Origin: Macrostomum hystrix
Taxonomy: Eukaryota > Animalia > Platyhelminthes
DNA length: 64,000 nt
Direction: 5' to 3'
Assembly (NCBI GenBank): GCA_950097015.1
Contig: CATNEN010000030.1
Span: 3,348,001-3,412,000 of the forward strand
In this document: one piece after another, positions 1 to 13,424 of the stretch
Numbering within the stretch: the stretch's first letter is position 1
Layout: each line of letters starts with the position of its first letter
Notes under the pieces: model-generated
Databases searched by the model: none
Told to the model about the DNA's origin: nothing
The model's input: only the letters and a program-made list of their open reading frames with translations
Program-made: the position numbers and the translations under genes

Positions 1-189
1 TTCAAATTAAAAGTCAAAAGAAGTTGCACTGACACTTAAATTGAATTTTTTTTTGCTTTGTAAGTTAAGCACTTTCTTAATGCAATAAAGGCTTATCAGA
101 TTGGGTCTTATTGAAAATCTATGAAAATAATCGAAACTAATAAGATGACGAGGAATCAGTGGCATATTTTTATGTCGCCCTTTGCCTCG

Positions 190-910
190 TTAGATAGGAG
201 GGTGAGAGGGGAAGATAGGAGGATGAGAGGGGAAGATAGGAGGATGAGAGGGGAAGATAGGAGGATAAGAGAGGAAGATAGGAGGATGAGAGGGGAAGAT
301 AGGAGGATGAGAGGGGAAGATAGGAGGATGAGAGGGGAAGATAGGCGGATGAGAGGGGAAGATAGGCGGATGAGAGGGGAAGATAGGAGGATGAGAGGGG
401 AAGATAGGCGGATGAGAGGGGAAGATAGGAGGATGAGAGGGGAAGATAGGAGGATGAGAGGGGAAGATAGGCGGATGAGAGGGGAAGATAGGCGGATGAG
501 AGGGGAAGATAGGAGGATGAGAGGGGAAGATAGGAGGATGAGAGGGCAAGATAGGAGGGTGAGAGGGGAAGATAGGAGGATGAGAGGGGAAGATAGGCGG
601 ATGAGAGGGGAAGATAGGCGGATGAGAGGGGAAGAAAGGAGGATGAGAGGGGAAGATAGGAGGATGAGAGGGGAAGATAGGCGGATGAGAGGGGAAGATA
701 GGAGGATGAGAGGGGAAGATAGGAGGATGAGAGGGGAAGATAGGAGGATGAGAGGGGAAGATAGGCGGATGAGAGGGGAAGATAGGAGGATGAGAGGGGA
801 AGATAGGCGGATGAGAGGGGAAGATAGGAGGATGAGAGGGGAAGATAGGAGGATGAGAGGGGAAGATAGGAGGATGAGAGGGGAAGATAGGAGGATGAGA
901 GGGGAAGATA
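190..910. repeat. Minisatellite, 21-bp unit GAGAGGGGAAGATAGGAGGAT (eag intron)
   Basis: About 34 near-perfect purine-rich tandem copies. Confidence 0.97.
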
Positions 911-1002
911 CGAAGGGGAGTGTGCAAGATGTAATACTCCGGACCCATAGTGTTGAAGTTTTGGCCCCTCTTGTCATCCGGCACCGTGTTTTGGCCTTCC
1001 AG

Positions 1003-4000
1003 GGCGGCATCAGCAGCCTCTTCAGCGCCCTGAAGGTGGTCCGCCTGCTCAGAATCGGCCGGGTCGCTCGCAAAGTTGACCAGTACCTTGAGTACGGCGC
1101 TGCCCTGCTCATCCTGATGATCTTCGGCTTTGTACTTCTGGCTCACTGGATGGCCTGCATCTGGTACACTATCGGGGTGCGCGACCTGGAGCTGGAGATC
1201 TGGTACGGCTGGATTCCGCGCCTCGTGAATGACACACTGGCGCCGCAGAACTGGACCAAGGCCACCTACCAGGCGGTGCTGCCGGACAAGTCCATGACCT
1301 ACCTCACATCATTGTACTTCACCCTGTCACTGCTGACTAGTGTGGGCTTCGGTAATGTGGCCGCCTACACCGAGGGAGAGAAAGCTGTGGTGGTAGTGTT
1401 CATGCTGCTCGGAGGTGAGTAAATAGACCTAACCTGTGCTTAACATTGTGCTCACTTTTCTAGGTGTTCTCGTATTTTTACATGTTCTGACACTGAGGCG
1501 TCTAACCCTCTCTTTGGTGTCTCTGTGGTGTCTATGGGGTGTCTGAGTCTCACTTGGGTGTCTCTCGGGTGTCTGAGTCTCTCTGGGGTGTCTGAGTCTC
1601 ACTTGGGTATCTCTGGGGTGTCTGAGTCTCACTTGGGTATCTCTGGGGTGTCTGAGTCTCCTTGGGGTGTCTCTGGGGTGTCTGAGTCTCACATGGGGTG
1701 TCTCTGGGGTGTCTGAGTCTCACATGGGGTGTCTCTGGGGTGTCTGAGTCTCACATGGGGTGTCTCTGGGGTGTCTGAGTCTCACTTGGGTATATCTGGG
1801 GTGTCTGAGTCTCCTTGGGGTGTCTCTGGGGTGTCTGAGTCTCACTTGGTATATCTGGGGTGTCTGAGTCTCCTTGGGGTGTCTCTGGGGGGTGTCTGAG
1901 TCTCACTTGGGGTGTCTCTGGGGTGTCTGAGTCTCACTTGGGTGTCTCTGGGGTGTCTGAGTCTCACTTGGGTGTCTCTTGGGTGTCTGAGTCTCACTTG
2001 GGTGTCTCTGGGGTGTCTGAGTCTCACTTGGGTGTCTCTGGGGTGTCTGAGTCTCACTTGGGTGTCTCTGGGGTGTCTGAGTCTCACTTGGGTGTCTCTG
2101 GGGTGTCTGAGTCTCACTTGGGTGTCTCTGGGGTGTCTGAGTCTCACTTGGGTGTCTCTGGGGTGTCTGAGTCTCTCTAGGGTGCCTAAGTCTGGCTGGG
2201 ATGTTCTACTGTATAATAGAATATGTATAATAGAATATGTATAATAGAATGTATAATACTGTAGGTATGTATAAAGCTTTCTAAATGAATTTGTTGATTT
2301 TCGATCACTTGAAATTTCCCATCCAAGCTCTAAAAATAGACCTCAGACTTAACTATTGATCATTGTAAACTAGCGGGCAGTGCTCAAGGATAAAATATGC
2401 TCAGCCAAGACAGTTCAGACTGTAAGTGGGCGCCGCTATTAAAAAAGGCGAGGTATATTTTCACAGTTCATTCACAATGAATACATTGGCGCTCACTGTA
2501 TTTGTGTTGGGCCATTGCGGGCAGGGGCCAGGTGATGGGTGCTATGTCTAGCTGGTTTCAATTGCCTAGCAACACCAGTTATTATCTTCCATGAGAGCTG
2601 GTTTAGGGGGGATAAAACACTCGACATCGATCATTTAGAGACGGGAATGAAAGTGGTTGGTAGGCTAAATATGCTCATAATTTAGGGATCAGGTGAGAGA
2701 ATTGCCAAATATTATCCCACGCCTAGTCGAAAAAGTACAAGCGTATGTTTTATTGTTGCAGTTGCAATACTCTCATGCTGAGTTTGAGTTTGAGTTTGAG
2801 ACGAAATTGTCGGCACAGGACTTCCGGTTAGCAATTAAATGAATTAGTGCAGCGGAAATCCGATAAGCGGGGCTGGATAAACAGAAATTTGACTTGAGTC
2901 TAATCTAAATTGTTCTTTTTGTAAATAAATCTGCTGGATTTTGTTTGCACAAATTTCTGTCAAGTTGAATGAAATGCTTTCAAAAGGCAACAATCGACTG
3001 CTAACTGGGTCCCTCCCGCAGCGTTGGTCTACGCCACCATATTCGGCAATGTGACAACTATCTTTCAGCAGATGTACGCCTCTAGGGCGCGCTATCACGA
3101 AATGATGAACAGCGTCAAGGAGTTCATGAAGATACACGATGTGCCACGGGAGCTTGGCGAGCGGGTCATGGACTATGTCACATCGTCCTGGGCCATCACC
3201 AAGGGAATCGACACTACGAAGGTTGGTCTTGCTTATTTGTGATAGAGTCTGTTTGGTTTGTGTACATGCGAGCTTTGATAAATACGGGTGAGTATTGGCG
3301 AGTTGGGGTGAGTATGGATGAGTAGTTGTGAGAAGGATAAGTAGTAGTGAGTAGGCTGAGTAAAAGTTAGTAAAGGTGAGTAGGGGTGCGTTGGGGTGAA
3401 TGGGGGTGAGCTGGGGTGAGTTGAGTTGAGCTGGGGTGAATTGGAGTGAATGGGGGTGAGCGTGAGTTGGGTCGAATGGGGGGTGAGTTGGGGTGAATGG
3501 GGGTAAATGGGAGTGAGTTGAGTGAGTTGGGGTAATTGGGGGTGAGTTGGGGTGAATGGGGGTGAGTTAGGTGACTTGGGGTAAATGGGAGTGAGTTGGG
3601 TGAGTTGGGGTGAATGGGTGTGAGTTGGGGTAAATGGGTGTGAGTTGGGTGAGTTGGGTTAATGGGGGTGAGTTGAGTGAGTTGGGTGAGTTGGGGTGAA
3701 TGGAGGTGAATAGGGGTGAATGGAGGTGAATAGGGGTGAATGGAGGTGAATAGGGGTGAATGGAGGTGAATAGGGGTGAATGGAGGTGAATAGGGGTGAA
3801 TGGAGGTGAATAGCGGTGAATGGAGGTGAATAGGGGTGAATGGAGGTGAATAGCGGTGAATGGAGGTGAATAGGGGTGAATGGAGGTGAATAGCGGTGAA
3901 TGGAGGTGAATAGGGGTGAATGGAGGTGAATAGGGGTGAATGGAGGTGAATGGCGGTGAATGGAGGTGAATAGGGGTGAATGGAGGTGAATAGGGGTGAA

Positions 4001-4488
4001 TGGAGGTGAATAGCGGTGAATGGAGGTGAATAGCGGTGAATGGAGGTGAATGGCGGTGAATGGAGGTGAATAGCGGTGAATGGAGGTGAATAGCGGTGAA
4101 TGGAGGTGAATAGCGGTGAATGGAGGTGAATGGCGGTGAATGGAGGTGAATAGCGGTGAGTTAGGGTGAGCAACAATGAATACTTGTGAGTAAGGGTGCG
4201 GATTGGACTTCTGTGTGTATGTTTTCGCTGCATAATGAATTTTCTAATAACCCTGTCAATATTAGCAAACGAATAGCTCGTAATTAGCTGTTGTGCACAC
4301 ATTTTATCTACTAGCTAGCAGACATCTCAGATCGCGCACTTTAATTTCGTGAGCTGAAGCAGCGAGTTAGATTTCTGGCAGGTGACAAAATTTCGCAGCC
4401 ATGCTCATGCCCAATAGCCAATTTTCAGTAGGTCGTATCGAGTTTCCAATTCTTGTTGCCAGTTGTAGGTCGCTCCCCCCCGGAGACC

Positions 4489-4522
<34 letters not shown>

Positions 4523-6653
4523 CGCGCACTCATCCCATCCCAATTATCTGAGCACGAAAAATGGACTACTTGCTCTGCTGTCCCCTGTCTCTCATTCTCT
4601 CACTGGTGACGGAATCAGCATTGAAGCTGCCCCACTCTAGATTGTGACAGATCAGTGGGACATTTGGGCGTGGTAATGACCCGCAGCCCAGCGCTCTCTT
4701 AATGTCTGTCATCTTTGCCAATGCTGCAGTCATGGTAGAGGGCAATATTGCAGTTTCTAGCTCGAAGATAGAAAAACATTTGTTGGCAACTGAATAATAT
4801 ACTCGGGTTGCCATGTTTCCTAGCTGGCTCAATTTGACCAGGCTCCGCGTTTGCGGAGAATATATTCCGCGTCATCTTTTTAAACTGCAGATAGAGCAAC
4901 AAACGCTAAAAGTACACTCGTCACAACTTCCAGGTGTTAAACTACTGTCCCAAGGACATGAAGGCCGACTTGTGCGTCCACCTGAATCGGAAGGTGTTTA
5001 ACGAGCATCCGGCCTTCCGTCTGGCCTCCGACGGCTGCCTGCGCTCCCTGGCGATGGCCTTCGCCACGGTGCACACGGCTCCAGGTGATCTAATCTTCCA
5101 CCAAGGCGAGAGCCTCGACCAGCTCTGCTTCGTCGTCACCGGCTCGCTGGAGGTCATCCAGGATGACGAGGTTGTCGCAATATTAGGTGAGTCGGAGGCT
5201 TATAAACTCTTCAGCAACTCACCTAAAACACCCGCACCACATTATGGCACCAACAGATACTCATCCCACCTCCACACCCACCCACCTCCAGACACCCACC
5301 CCACCTCCAGACACCCACCCCACCTCCAGATACCCACCCACCTCCAGACACCCACCCCACCTCCAGACACCCACCCACCTCCAGACACCCACCCCACCTC
5401 CAGACACCCACCCCACCTCCAGATACCCACCCACCTCCAGATACCCACCCCAGCTCCAGACACCCACCTCACCTCCAGACACCCACCCCACCTCCAGACA
5501 CCCACCCACCTCCAGACCCCCACCCACCTCCAGACACCCACCCACCTCCAGACACCCACCCACCTCCAGACACCCACCTCACCTCCAGACACCCACCCCA
5601 CCTCCAGACACCCAACCCAACTTCAGAAACCCTCTCGTCGTCTAGAGACTTATCAGCTCGCTCCGTCTTCGATTTCGCAGGCAAGGGCGACGTATTCGGC
5701 GACACCTTCTGGAAGGAGAACCCGCTGGGCCAGTCTGCAGCCAGTGTGCGCGCCCTCACCTACTGCGACCTGCACTGCATCAAGCGGGACTGCCTGCTGG
5801 ATGTGCTCAACTTCTATCAGGCCTTCTCAAACTCATTTGCCAGGAATCTGGTGCTAACTTACAATCTTAGACATCGGGTAGGTCAACAGGGCTCAGGAAA
5901 ACTTTTCCTCATTTGGACTGACTTGCGACTCCATTAGAGAGCGCTCATATTTGGTAGGCCTTCATAGAGTGCTCATCTACAGTCCTTCCTTGAGTACTCA
6001 TCTAGAGCCATTCAAAGAGTGCTCATCTTGACGACAGAAACTGCTCATTCAAGCCAAATTGCTCCCAAAAGCCCATCACCCAACCCGATCTTGCTGCAGA
6101 TTGTCTTTCGCAAGATCGCCGATGTCAGACGCGAGCGCGAGCTGGCCGAGAAGGGAAAATTCGACCCGCCCCTGATGGACCTGAGCTCCGACCACCCGGT
6201 TCGCAAGCTCATCTCCCGATTCAAGAAGGCGCCCGACGGTCAGAAGCCGAACGGCGAAGCCGGCGGCGCAAATGTCGAAGCTGTCATCGAAGTCGCCGGA
6301 CCCAGCGGTAGCGGCATCGCACAGGGTGGCGGCGGTGACGGCGGCGGCGGCAGCGGCGGCTCAAAGTGGTCGCGAATGTTCGGTCAGCGACGCGGCTCCG
6401 TCAGCGCCCCTACGACCGGAGAAAATCCTGCAGCCCTTGAAGCCGGCGCCAGTGCGCTGGTCGCCGTCACCCAGCCTCCAACAGACCAGCCCACTGTCGC
6501 GTTCGCCGAAGAGCCGGGGGCACAATCAGCGGAGACGCCGACGAAGAAGCAGCCGACAATCGCGCTCGCAAAGAATCCACTGCTTCTGGCGGCGAAAAAA
6601 TTACAAACCGCTTCTGCCGCTTCTTCATCCGCTTCACTTTCCCAACAACAGCC

Positions 6654-6704
<51 letters not shown>

Positions 6705-7134
6705 TAAGCAGCAACAAGATCTGGATACCTCTTTGAAGGTCCTCGCCAGTCTGCTGGCGGACACCCGGGAGGAGCTGCGCCACGAGCTCTCCGGTCTGAA
6801 CAGCCGCGTGAGCCGCGTTGACGCCCAGCTGCGGGAATTCCTGCGCCTCATCAGCCCGCTGGAGTCGCCCCGTCTGTCTCTAGACGATGACGGCTCTTCG
6901 TCGTCATTCTCAGCTGGTGCCAAGGATTCGACAGGATCCACTGACATCGGAAAGTTCCAAGTCAGGTCTGTAGCGACCGCGACAGCCCCCTTTCTTAGCA
7001 GCAGCGGCAGCGGTGGTCCCGGTGCGGGAGGCGGCGGAGACAGCAGCTCGAGCCGAAGTCCAAACTTGTCCGCAAAATCTGGCCCGTCATTTTCTTCCTC
7101 GGCAACTAGCGGCGGTAGCTCATCGAACTGTTGA
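1003..7134 (+). CDS. eag: Ether-a-go-go (EAG/KCNH1-like) voltage-gated K+ channel, 3' part. Exons 1003-1414, 3022-3221, 4934-5186, 5681-5877, 6100-7134; 5' exons lie upstream of the window
   Basis: All junctions are GT-AG and phase-compatible. Translation gives S4 ([14 protein letters not shown]), S5, pore/filter TSVGFGN, S6 ([19 protein letters not shown]), C-linker, CNBHD ([16 protein letters not shown]...GKGDVFGD...ALTYCDLH), EAG-type motifs IVFRKIADV and [10 protein letters not shown], and a C-terminal coiled coil. Confidence 0.96.
1516..2180. repeat. Minisatellite, ~30-bp unit GGGGTGTCTGAGTCTCACTTGGGTGTCTCT (eag intron)
   Basis: Tandem copies read directly. Confidence 0.95.
3287..4175. 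repeat. G-rich minisatellite, 10/20-bp unit TGGAGGTGAATAGGGGTGAA (eag intron)
   Basis: Degenerate left part and near-perfect core at ~3700-4160. Confidence 0.95.
5263..5620. repeat. C-rich minisatellite, ~18-19-bp unit CACCTCCAGACACCCACC (eag intron)
   Basis: Tandem copies read directly. Confidence 0.93.
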
Positions 7135-7179
7135 ACAAAGCCGACGACTGTGGCACTGACCCTTTCCAGGAGCCAGGAA

Positions 7180-8625
7180 TAGAAGCTACCGATTGCCCTG
7201 GTCCTTGGATGGTCATAGCTACCGATTCCCCTGGTCCGAGTCCTTGGATGGTCATAGCTACCGATTCCCTCGATGGTCATGGCTACCGATTTCCCTGGTC
7301 TATCGATGGTCATAGCTACCGATTTCCCTGGTCTATCGATGGTCATAGCTACCGCTTTCCCTGGTCTATCGATGGTCATAGCTACCGATTTCCCTGGTCT
7401 ATCGATGGTCATAGCTACCGATTTCCCTGGTCTATCGATGGTCATAGCTATCGATTTCCCTGGTCTATCGATGGTCATAGCTACCGATTTCCCTGGTCTA
7501 TCGATGGTCATAGCTACCGATTCCCTCGATGGTCATAGCTACCGCTTTCCCTGGTCTATCGATGGTCATAGCTACCCGATTTCCCTGGTCTATCGATGGT
7601 CATAGCTACCGATTCCCTCGATGGTCATGGCTACCGATTACCTTGGTGGTCATAGCTACCCGATTCCCTCGATGGTCATAGCTACTGATTCCCTCGATGG
7701 TCATAGCTACCGATTCCCTCGATGGTCATAGCTACCGATTCCCTCGGTGGTCATAGCTACCCGATTCCCTCGATGGTCATAGCTACCGATTCCCTCGATG
7801 GTCATAGCTACCGATTCCCTCGATGGTCATAGCTACCGATTCCCATGGTCTTTCGATGGTCATAGCTACCGATTCCCATGATCCTTCAATGGTCATAGCT
7901 ACCGATTCCCCTGGTACTTCGATGATCATAGCTACCGATTTCCCTTGTCCTTCGATGATCATAGCTACCGATTCCCCTTGTCCTTCGATGATCATAGCTA
8001 CCGATTCCCATGGTCCTTCGATGATCGTAGCTACCGATTCCCATGGTCCTTCGATGATCATAGCTACCGATTCCCATGGTCCTTCGATGATCATAGCTAC
8101 CGATTCCCATGGTCCTTCGATGATCATAGCTACCGATTCCCATGGTCCTTCGATGATCATAGCTACCGATTTCCCTTGTCCTTCGATGATCATAGCTACC
8201 GATTCCCATGGTCCTTCGATGATCATAGCTACCGATTCCCATGGTCCTTCGATGATCATAGCTACCGATTCCCATGGTCCTTCGATGATCATAGCTACCG
8301 ATTCCCATGGTCCTTCGATGATCATAGCTACCGATTCCCATGGTCCTTCGATGATCATAGCTACCGATTTCCCTTGTCCTTCGATGATCATAGCTACCGA
8401 TTCCCATGGTCCTTCGATGATCATAGCTACCGATTTCCCTTGTCCTTCGATGATCATAGCTACCGATTCCCATGGTCCTTCGATGATCATAGCTACCGAT
8501 TCCCATGGTCCTTCGATGATCATAGCTACCGATTCCCATGGTCCTTCGATGATCATAGCTACCGATTCCCATGGTCCTTCGATGGTCATAGCAACCGATT
8601 CCTCTCGTCTATCGATGGTCATCGC
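7180..8625. repeat. Minisatellite, 33-bp unit TCCCATGGTCCTTCGATGATCATAGCTACCGAT with shorter 24-25-bp variants, immediately 3' of the eag stop
   Basis: Tandem copies in three variant blocks. Confidence 0.96.
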
Positions 8626-9364
8626 AACCTGCGAGGTTTAATAAAATTTAATTTTTTGTGAGCCGATGACAGCAAAAGAAATTTATTTTTCCGTATAATT
8701 TTCCTTGTAGTCCTGTTAAGTTTTATGGGACGTTCACAATTTGTTCATTTTTGCTCTATTAAATATTGGCATATTTTACTCCGTTGATAATTATAATTCA
8801 GGCAAATCGAGTACTTACACAATTTCTGTTTCTATGAGTTCTCGTATTTTCTATTGCCGAATTTCTATTGTCTAACAGGAACAAATGAGTCAACATTATT
8901 CAATGGAGGTTGGAATTCTGCTATTTTTACACTAATAATTCCTCACAATGCTACAAAATATATTCTTGTTTGCGTCACCTTGAAAAAAGTCGAGACGAAA
9001 ACTGCAGTGTCTGGATGAAATGCTTAAGTGACATTTCTTTTACATCTATTTTCTTCTCTTCCTCTTTTGTCATTGTCTTTTGCATAGTGTTTTCCAAGTT
9101 CTCATTTAATATTTCTATTTTTGAGACAATGACAAATTTAATACAAAACTAGAATCTGTGTACAGATCGGGCTTCATCTGATTTAAACTGACGCTGTCGA
9201 AATAACGAACTTTTAGTTTCTTTTCAACTCATTTTTCTTGAAAGAATTACAGCAATATGAACACTTGTCCTGATAAGGATGGCAACCTCTTCATATGATC
9301 ATTGAATGACTGCTCATCTGGTCATTCAAAGAGTACTCATATTGTATTTTTCTTGCTCTCATCT

Positions 9365-10890
9365 GATCCTACGAAGAGTGCTCATCTACGGTCCTTCTGA
9401 GAGTGCTCATCTACGGTCCTTCTGAGAGTGCTCATCTACGGTCCTTCTGAGAGTGTTCATCTACGGTCCTTTTGAGAGTGTTCATCTATGGTCCTTCTGA
9501 GAGTGTTAATCTATGGTCCTTCTGAGAGTGTTCATCTATGGTCCTTCTGAGAGTGTTCATCTATGATCCTTCTGAGAGTGTTCATCTATGGTCCTTCTGA
9601 GAGTGTTCATCTATGATCCTTCTGAGAGTGTTTATCTACGGTCCTTTTGAGAGTGTTCATCTACGGTCCTTCTGAGAGTGTTAATCTACGGTCCTTCTGA
9701 GAGTGCTCATCTACGGTCCTTTTGAGAGTGTTCATCTATGGTCCTTCTGAGAGTGTTCATCTATGGTCCTTCTGAGAGTGTTCATCTATGATCCTTCTGA
9801 GAGCGTTCATCTATGGTCCTTCTGAGAGTGTTCATCTACGGTCCTTCTGAGAGTGTTCATCTATGGTCCTTCTGAGAGTGTTCATCTATGATCCTTCTGA
9901 GAGTGTTCATCTACGGTCCTTCTGAGAGTGTTCATCTATGATCCTTCTGAGAGCGTTCATCTATGGTCCTTCTGAGAGTGTTCATCTACGGTCCTTCTGA
10001 GAGTGTTCATCTACGGTCCTTCTGAGAGTGTTCATCTATGATCCTTCTGAGAGTGTTCATCTACGGTCCTTCTGAGAGTGTTCATCTATGATCCTTCTGA
10101 GAGTGTTCATCTATGGTCCTTCTGAGAGTGTTCATCTACGGTCCTTCTGAGAGTGTTCATCTATGATCCTTCTGAGAGTGTTCATCTATGGTCCTTCTGA
10201 GAGTGTTCATCTACGGTCCTTCTGAGAGTGTTAATCTACGGTCCTTCTGAGAGTGTTCATCTACGGTCCTTCTGAGAGTGTTCATCTATGATCCTTCTGA
10301 GAGTGTTCATCTATGGTCCTTCTGAGAGTGTTCATCTACGGTCCTTCTGAGAGTGTTCATCTACGGTCCTTCTGAGAGTGTTCATCTATGATCCTTCTGA
10401 GAGTGTTCATCTATGGTCCTTCTGAGAGTGTTCATCTACGGTCCTTCTGAGAGTGTTCATCTACGGTCCTTCTGAGAGTGTTCATCTACGGTCCTTCTGA
10501 GAGTGTTCATCTATGGTCCTTCTGAGAGTGTTCATCTATGATCCTTCTGAGAGTGTTCATCTATGGTCCTTCTGAGAGTGTTCATCTACGGTCCTTCTGA
10601 GAGTGTTAATCTACGGTCCTTCTGAGAGTGTTCATCTACGGTCCTTCTGAGAGTGTTCATCTATGATCCTTCTGAGAGTGTTCATCTATGGTCCTTCTGA
10701 GAGTGTTTATCTACGGTCCTTCTGAGAGTGTTCATCTACGGTCCTTCTGAGAGTGTTCATCTACGGTCCTTCTGAGAGTGTTCATCTATGGTCCTTCTGA
10801 GAGTGTTCATCTATGGTCCTTCTGAGAGTGTTCATCTATGGTCCTTCTGAGAGTGTTCATCTATGGTCCTTCAGGGTGTGCTCATCTGGG
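9365..10890. repeat. Minisatellite, 25-bp unit GTCCTTCTGAGAGTGTTCATCTACG
   Basis: About 60 tandem copies. Confidence 0.97.
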
Positions 10891-11756
10891 GTGCTCATCT
10901 GCATGACAAATGGAGCATCAGGTAACAAATTTTGCAAATCCAAACGCTTTGGTATTCAGGCGTAGCTGATCTCGATAGCGCGATAAAAAACAGTTTTCCC
11001 ATCTCAAATAGATTTGAGTTCATAGGTTGAAAATTAATAATTGATGCAATACGAAAGCCCCAAAAGACACTTAGCCTACTCAGCATACTTAGCCTAATTA
11101 GCTTAGTTGAGAAAAAAACAGTTCTTCATTCATCTAATTGCACAATTAGAGCAATTTTTTACTGTAAAATAACTCAACAAAGTTTTCACTGCAATGTTTA
11201 AAAAAAACTCTCAAATTGCTCGAATTATTCAACAAAGAAATTTTCTTCCCCTGTTTTCTGATCCCCAATTCTCTCAATTCAGCATCAGGCCTAGGTGACT
11301 GACACTGCTTCATCAAATTAACAAGCACTTTAGTCCGCCCACCAAGGGAATGACCATTTGAACATTCCATTTATTATTCATTACCGCTTGATAGGGCGAA
11401 TTTTTGCTAGAAATGGCCTATTTTTTTTCGCCACGGCCGAGGGCCGACTGAGAAAAAAAAAACATATTTTCCCCTTCCATGCGATCAAAGACGCCGGGAA
11501 CTGTGAGTATTTCTACCAACGGTTCTCCCCTACTCTCTTCTTCAAGGGCACGCAAATTTACCAACTCCCAGTGGGGCGCGAAGCGATTTTTATCAAAAAA
11601 ATTGTGAAAGACAAGTGCGCCTCATTCGGTCAGCAATCGCAGCCTTAATAGGAGAACATCTTTTATGTCCTCCTTCTTTTGGTCGACTCGGAGCACTTCG
11701 ATCGGGTTTGAGCACTGAGACTGCACGGCTTGGACCGAATATTGCATTTAGATGCC

Positions 11757-12577
11757 TTCTTCAGTGACTCTACCCTCCCTGATCCTTCAGTGACTCTATC
11801 CTCCCTGATCCTTCAGTGACTCTACACTCCCTGATCCTTCAGTGACTCTACCCTCCCTGATCCTTCAGTGACTCTACCCTCTCTGATCCTTCAGTGACTC
11901 TACCCTCCCTGATCCTTCAGTGACTCTACCCTCCCTGATCCTTCAGTGACTCTACCCTCCCTGATCCTTCAGTGACTCTACCCTCTCTGATCCTTCAGTG
12001 ACTCTACCCTCCCTGATCCATCAGTGACTCTACCCTCCCTGATCCTTCAGTGACTCTACCCTCCCTGATCCATCAGTGACTCTACCCTCCCTGATCCTTC
12101 AGTGACTCTACCCTCCCTTATCCTTCAGTGACTCTAGCCTCCCTGATCCTTCAGTGACTCTAGCCTCCCTGATCCTTCAGTGACTCTAGCCTCCCTGATC
12201 CTTCAGTGACTCTACCGTCCCTGATCCTTCAGTGACTCTACCCTCCCTGATCCTTCAGTGACTCTACCGTCCCTGATCCTTCAGTGACTCTACCCTCCCT
12301 GATCCTTCAGTGACTCTACCCTCCCTGATCCTTCAGTGACTCTACCCTCCCTGATCCTTCAGTGACTCTACCCTCCCTGATCCTTCAGTGACTCTACCCT
12401 CTCTGATCCTTCAGTGACTCTAGCCTCCCTGATCCTTCAGTGACTCTACCCTCCCTGATCCATCAGTGACTCTACCCTCCCTGATCCATCAGTGACTCTA
12501 CCCTCCCTGATCCTTCAGTGACTCTATCCTCCCTGATCCTTCAGTGACTCTACCCTCCCTGATCCTTCAGTCACTCT
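11757..12577. repeat. Minisatellite, 26-bp unit TCAGTGACTCTACCCTCCCTGATCCT
   Basis: About 31 tandem copies. Confidence 0.97.
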
Positions 12578-13279
12578 GTGCTTTTTACCAGTTACCAGAG
12601 TTCTTTTTTTCTAAAAAAAATTTTTTTTGTTTATAATTGTCTTGACGATTTAAGATACAGTCTGACCTGTGTCAGCAATTTTTTGTGCCTGTTCTGCTTA
12701 TCAGAAAATTTGCCACCTAAATGTAACTTTCGAATTAATTTTCTTTAGTGCTGTAAATAGTGATGCACTATGAAGTGCATGATTTCTTGTTTGATTCTTA
12801 TATCCCAAATCACTTTCAGTGGATGAAGGTCATAAAACACTAAAAGAAAGTATAATATAGTTGTGCTGTTGCATCACGTGATTAAACGCATTCGAGCTGT
12901 TTTGAGTGCAAACGCACTATTGAAACAACTGCAGCAAAAAACTGCTACAAAATCAGCATGCTAACTGATTAGCTAAAATACTGGATCAGCAGTTCAACAA
13001 AGCAAAATCATTCTTGAACTCGCTATCTTTTCGGCATATGTAGAAAGCTATAGTCTAAGAGTGCAGATGCACTGTTGACTGATAACAGTCACAGCCAATG
13101 CATTTTTGTGCTGATGCAGCAAAACCGGCCGGCTAACCCGTGTGTTTTGAGTGACTGTGTGTCTGTCTATTTGGCTAGGTTCATTATGCTGATCAGTTAT
13201 TTGCTGACGAGTCGGGCCTGGCCTGGCTGGGCGCAGACTTCAACCCTCAACCTACGACCTTGTGCCAGCCGACGCTGCC

Positions 13280-13285
13280 TATAAA
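13280..13285 (+). promoter_or_regulatory. TATA box of the vitellogenin-like gene
   Basis: CTATAAATA about 145 nt upstream of the signal-peptide ATG at 13425. Confidence 0.6.
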
Positions 13286-13424
13286 TACCAGCCTAACTCA
13301 GCGCCCTAGAAGAAGACTCAAGCAACGATCTCAATTGAGCAGAGCGACGTTCCGACTGAAACAAAGAAGATAATTTTCTACAGCAGCTGGTATAGAACAA
13401 TCAGCACTAAAGCACAGCTCAGCC

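Noticed and set aside
121-1002. N-terminal (RMRGEDR)n part of the 433-aa ORF and the antisense ORFs 156-1112 and 190-1146
   Set aside because: Read-through of a 21-bp intronic minisatellite; the real eag exon begins at the AG acceptor at 1001-1002.
8800-9300. AT-rich minus-strand open stretch (IEILNENLENTMQK...) with splice-like sites
   Set aside because: I could not build a consistent multi-exon ORF or recognise a domain; codon style differs from the GC-rich genes.
7180-12577. Regularly spaced 25-33-bp repeats resembling CRISPR arrays
   Set aside because: Units are head-to-tail with no unique spacers, there are no cas genes, and the context is eukaryotic. The same applies to all other arrays.
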